From the human T2T-CHM13v2.0 reference genome, Homo sapiens: a DNA stretch of 64,000 bases. The position numbers were made by a program, and so were the translations under genes. How positions within the stretch are numbered: the stretch's first letter is position 1; each line of letters opens with the position of its first letter. The stretch lies in the NCBI RefSeq assembly GCF_009914755.1, contig NC_060931.1; one strand, given 5' to 3'. Shown piece after piece: positions 59,024 to 64,000 of the stretch. Under the pieces are notes generated by a model, which made no database searches, was not told the origin of the DNA, and saw only the letters and a list, made by a program, of their open reading frames with translations.

Positions 59024-62000
59024 GTTAAATATGTTGGAACTGAGTATAAACGAAGCCATTTGTTTTCATCCATAAAGTTAACTGGATTTTTTAAAATTTG
59101 TAAGCCAATAGAAGAGAAGATTAAACCCTGAATAAAAATATATTACTTTCCTTACATCAAAGTTAGAAGTGGTTTTTTTGTGTGTTTATGCTTGTGTTTG
59201 TTTTTGCTTTTTGTTTTTTGTCGAAGGTGGGTTTGGCCTTAGAACTATTTAAACACCAAAGAACAAATTCTTAATAAACTTTGCTTTTAATCAACCAACA
59301 TATTACAAGACTGGAACAGTTAAAAAACAACACTGTAAAAAGATGATGAAATCAGCTTCTGATCAGCTACACACTTTCACAACTTAACTAAGAGTATCTG
59401 TGGAATTAAATAGTCAAACACATAATTGACAATCTTAACAATTCACTCACAAGGACAGATTTGTATTGATAAGAATGCTTCTCCCCCAAAAGCAAGGGAA
59501 ATTGCCCCATGAATTATGAAGAGGCTGTCTCCATGTGCTGCTCTTTAATAGACTCTGACTGGACTGCACCTCCTAATGCATTTGCTCCTGAATTAGTAAT
59601 AGGTTTCCAACCTCAATGCATTTGCTACTTGAGCCATTTTCCCTCAATGTCCCACCACTTTTGGTACAGAAGGCTGACTCAATATAGATGACAAACACGG
59701 TTTCTCTTTTCTTTATTTCTTTACTACTTTTTTTAAACATATTACCAAAAGATGCAACATGAATTTATAATGATCTGGGTTGAAACTTCTATTTACAATG
59801 CTTTCACTGGACAGGACACGTTTTTTATTCTCCCCCTAGATCTTACTTTGCATTTAACATTAACTAACCTTATAAAACACATTTCCTGAAATTTCTTATG
59901 TTCGACCTTCTCTAGTACCTCAGAGTTTATTTGCTTTTGAATAACATTCAGATGAAATTTGAGAGAGAAAATCTGATTCCTTTTATAACTTAGGGAGAAG
60001 AGGAGAACAAAGTATTGGCTAAAAACAGAACAGGCTTTTAGAGCCTGAAAATTAAATACGATCATTAGGTTGTTCTCAGCTGACCCTGAGATAATGCGAC
60101 AAAAAGGACCCCCTTAACACAAAACAAATTTAACTGTATGCTCTATTATCTCTAGGACAGAGAACCACGGAGCCCCCTTCCTACCACCTGCTACTGTGCC
60201 CCTACCGTGTCTGCTGCTGGGCAGCAGGAACAGCAGGGGAGAGCCACCCAGGGCGGGGCGGGACGGCACTGCATGAACTCCCCCAGGGAATCTTCTTCAG
60301 GTGCCAGGTCCCTCGGTGCTCATGCTTACCAAGGGTGGCTACTTACGAAAATCACGTGTGAAGTGAATGAGATGTTTAAGAAGTGATCCCACCGTGCCCT
60401 CCCTGTCCCCTTCTGCTACTCCTGGAGCACATTTGTGCTGGTTCTGCCAGCTTTGAGTCTCCAGCAGGCCTCCTTGTGGGCTTTGCTCATGCTTACAGAT
60501 GCTTTCCCTTCACCTGTAGAGATTCTGGCTCAGGGAGCCTGAAATACAGCTCAGGCATCTGCACTCTTTCCCAGGGGACTGCAATGCCCAGCCATGAGAG
60601 CATGACTGCTCTACGCTGCGGGTTAAACTGCCATCACCTCTTTGTTACCCCTAGAAAACTAGAGAAAGTGCAAATCAATCCTTAGGGTGATAAATGCTTC
60701 CTTGTCTCCAGAGGTTTACTGTTCCAGTACAGGGTACATATTATAGCAAAGTTGCAAACAGATCTAGCTGCCCGGGCTAATGAGAGAACTCCAGACCAAG
60801 AGAACCCACAAGTTTAACATTTCCCAGGTTACTTCAACCTTGATTGCAAAAAAGTATAAAAAAGAAAAGCAATTTTTTAGGAACACTGGCTCTCTGTCTT
60901 TCCATTAAATGTATTTGTACCACGGGAGATCATTTGAAAAACTAAAGAAAGTCTGGAGTTTTGGGGCCCTAAAATATTGCTCTTTGATTCTCAGCATGAG
61001 TTACCCAACGGACATATTTATTTCAGACCTAGATTTCCAAAAATGAGTGATAGCCAGTCTGCTGTGAATGGCCGATCCTAATAAAAAAGAACTCTATTTT
61101 CTTAACCTTCGTTTTAGTTTAGTTGAGTGTTTCCTTAAACTAAAATGGGTTTCTTAGATCTTGCCATGATAACTCTTAAACACCTGATTATGAAATTAAT
61201 AAAGGCCAAAGAGCGATCACTCTTCCGAGGCATCGCTTGAGAGACGCAATCTCCTTTCTCTAAAGCCTTTACTGTCTCTCTCTTACGCCTGGATGGAATT
61301 CTTCAGAGTGGCTTTCAGGCTGCTTAACAAGTGACCGGCAGGGTGCTCCCGGTCCGCTTCCATCACTCCCAGGGCACCTTTGAGCTTGCTGTTCTGCTGG
61401 TTTTGTTCCTCCAGCAGGCCTCCTTGTGGACTTAGTTTGGACTTTCTTTCTGGTTTATTTTTTCTTTTATCTGTGTGTCTAACTAGACATGTAAAATTCC
61501 TGATAAGAGAGAAAAACCTTTTTAACGAGAGTTTTTGGAAAATACTGAAAATACAAAATCTGTAGGTAGAAGTTCTAGAATTATTTTTTCTTTGCTTTTG
61601 TTTTGACTTTTAATTTAATCTACACTGATATACTTTGTGAGTCCTTGTAAGCCACCTTAAATAGATTTGGAGATAAGGTAAAAAAAAAAAAAATCAATAA
61701 AATTTTAAGAGCAAGAGTACTTGATACAGGCCAGATATCAACCTAAGAATTTTCTGTATAGTAACTCATCTACATTTCAACCACCTCATGAACTGCAGGC
61801 TGTTATGACCCCTACTTGTATAGATGAGGGATAGAGAGTCAAAAACCTTGTGCACACATCTAGTAAGTGGCAGAACCAGGATTTAGACCCAGGCCAGCTT
61901 GCTGTAGTATGCACAATCCTGACCAATAAGCTACACCTCTGATTCAAAAATACATTAGTTGCATTGTTACAAGCAGAATTCACACATGGGACCCAGGTTT

Positions 62001-62044
62001 TATGACTAATGATCACAAACTTTGATATATTAATATTTTTAGTC

Positions 62045-62375
62045 AAATGAATTGATTGTCAAAACCTCAACAGGCTTATTTTGTAGAAATTAATAAGCTG
62101 CTAGAATGACTATGGAAAGCCAAAGGAGCTAGAATAGCCAAAGAAATCTTTAAGAAGAACAAAATCGGAGGACTGACACTACCTGATGTCATGAATTGTT
62201 CTAAAGCTGCAGTAATGAAGACACTGTGAATTTGGCAATTTTACTGAAGTCCAACTTATCAATTTTTTTCTGTTACAGTTTGTACTTTTTATGTCCTAGC
62301 TGAGAAATCTTTGCTTATCCCAAAATTGCCAAGATGTCCTCTTGTGTTTTCTTTTAGAAGTTCTATAGCTCTTGT
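62045..62375. mobile_element. Old L1 ORF2 fragments in opposite orientations
   Basis: + strand CTAGAATAGCCAAAG...GGAGGACTGACACTACCTGAT, then - strand AGTCCAACTTATCAATTTTT...AGAAATCTTTGC. Confidence 0.7.
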
Positions 62376-62513
62376 GTTTAAATAACATGCTTCTTAACTT
62401 TACAAGTTGAGTCATTATTGACTGACTTCCTAATATCGAATTTTAGATCTCTAGTCCTCTGACCCTCCCTACTATCCCCACATTCACTTCCCTCCCTCCA
62501 TCTCTTAATATAG

Positions 62514-62798
<285 letters not shown>

Positions 62799-62829
62799 TA
62801 ATAACTACCTTGTTTTTTCATTTGCTGAA

Positions 62830-63139
62830 TTTTTTTTTCTTTTCTTTTTTTGAGACAGTCTCATTTCCTTAATTTTCTTTTCTTTCTTTTTTTCTTTTTT
62901 TTTTTTTGACAGAGTCTTGCTCTGTCACCCAGGCTGGAGTTCAGTGGCACAAACTCAGCTCACTGCAACCTCTGCCTCCTGGATACAAGCGAGCATATCC
63001 AGCGAATTTTTGTATTTTTGGTAGAGATAGGGTTTCTCACCATGTTGGCCAGGCTGGTCTCGAACTCCTGACCTCATGATCTGCCCACCTCGGCCTCCCA
63101 AAGAGCTAGGCTTACAGGCATGAGCCACCACGCCCTGCC
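62830..63139 (-). mobile_element. Alu with internal deletion and duplicated tail region
   Basis: Alu; TCATTTGCT flank repeat at 62818 and 63140. Confidence 0.85.
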
Positions 63140-64000
63140 TCATTTGCTTAGTTTTCTATATGCTATTGTTAAATCCTGCCCAAGTTCACCTAAAGAACTC
63201 TAAATTTCTTCAACACATTCACCAATCACAAGTCAGGAAATCTACCACTTCCTCCTTCTTATTTTTTTTTAGGCACAATCCGTGGGGCCTTTCAATCACC
63301 TCCTGTTCCTCTGGTCTTTGCTCCCTCACTGCACAACAAATGGCCAGGCACGTCTCTTCACTCTTTTCCTGAAATTTCTTTTGCTGTGCTAAGTTGAACC
63401 TTCTCTTGCCATGATGATTCTTAAACAGCTGATTATGGAATTATGAAATTCATAAGGCTGGATGTGATGGCTGGTGTCTGTCATCCCAGCACTGTGTCAG
63501 ATGACTAGCTTTCTTAGCAGCTCATTTGAGGACCACAGGTAAGTTTCTTTCTGAGAAAGAAAGCAAAGGAAACAAATGGAGACATCATGGGTTTCTTGAT
63601 TCTACCCTCACACTTGACTGATAATTTGGCTGTTGCAGAATTAGAAGTCGATAATAATTTTTAGGAAATTCGAAGGTTTCCAGTAAGACTGTTGCTAAGC
63701 ACAATGTGATTCTGATCCCTGATCTTTTATATAAGCACATTTTGTTTGTTTGTTTGAATTTGTTGTTTGTTTGTTTTCAGGAAACCTTAGGATCCTCTCT
63801 TCACCTCTCTTGTTCTAAAGTGCAAGGTTCACTTGGTGTGGTGCTATTTTGTGGCGGCCCTTAAAAACGGGGTTATCTCGTTCTGGAAAACATTATTTTG
63901 TTTCTTTGACAATATGCTCCCATCCATCTTCCCTTTTTCATTATTGAATCTACTAACCAATGAGTATAATAACACCTTCAAGGCTGATCATCTATCTCAT

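Overview
Primate (most likely human, chr7p14) genomic DNA. The first 6 kb hold a CpG-island bidirectional promoter shared by PSMA2 (exon 1, - strand) and the complete three-exon MRPL32 gene (+ strand, 188 aa). The remaining ~58 kb is intergenic and mostly transposable elements: Alus, MaLR LTRs, ERV1 LTRs, L1/L2, MER20/MER58/MER107 and a near full-length Tigger1. The most notable structure is a three-layer nested endogenous retrovirus at ~15.4-33.0 kb. A MER39-like element (-) contains a gag-deleted pro-pol-env provirus (+), whose env contains a LOR1-like provirus (-). I also found two short templated insertions copied from 1-1.6 kb away, several local duplications and three CTCF-like motifs. 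I found no convincing novel protein-coding system; most track ORFs are Alu- or repeat-derived. Repeat family names come from recalled consensus sequences, not from a search.
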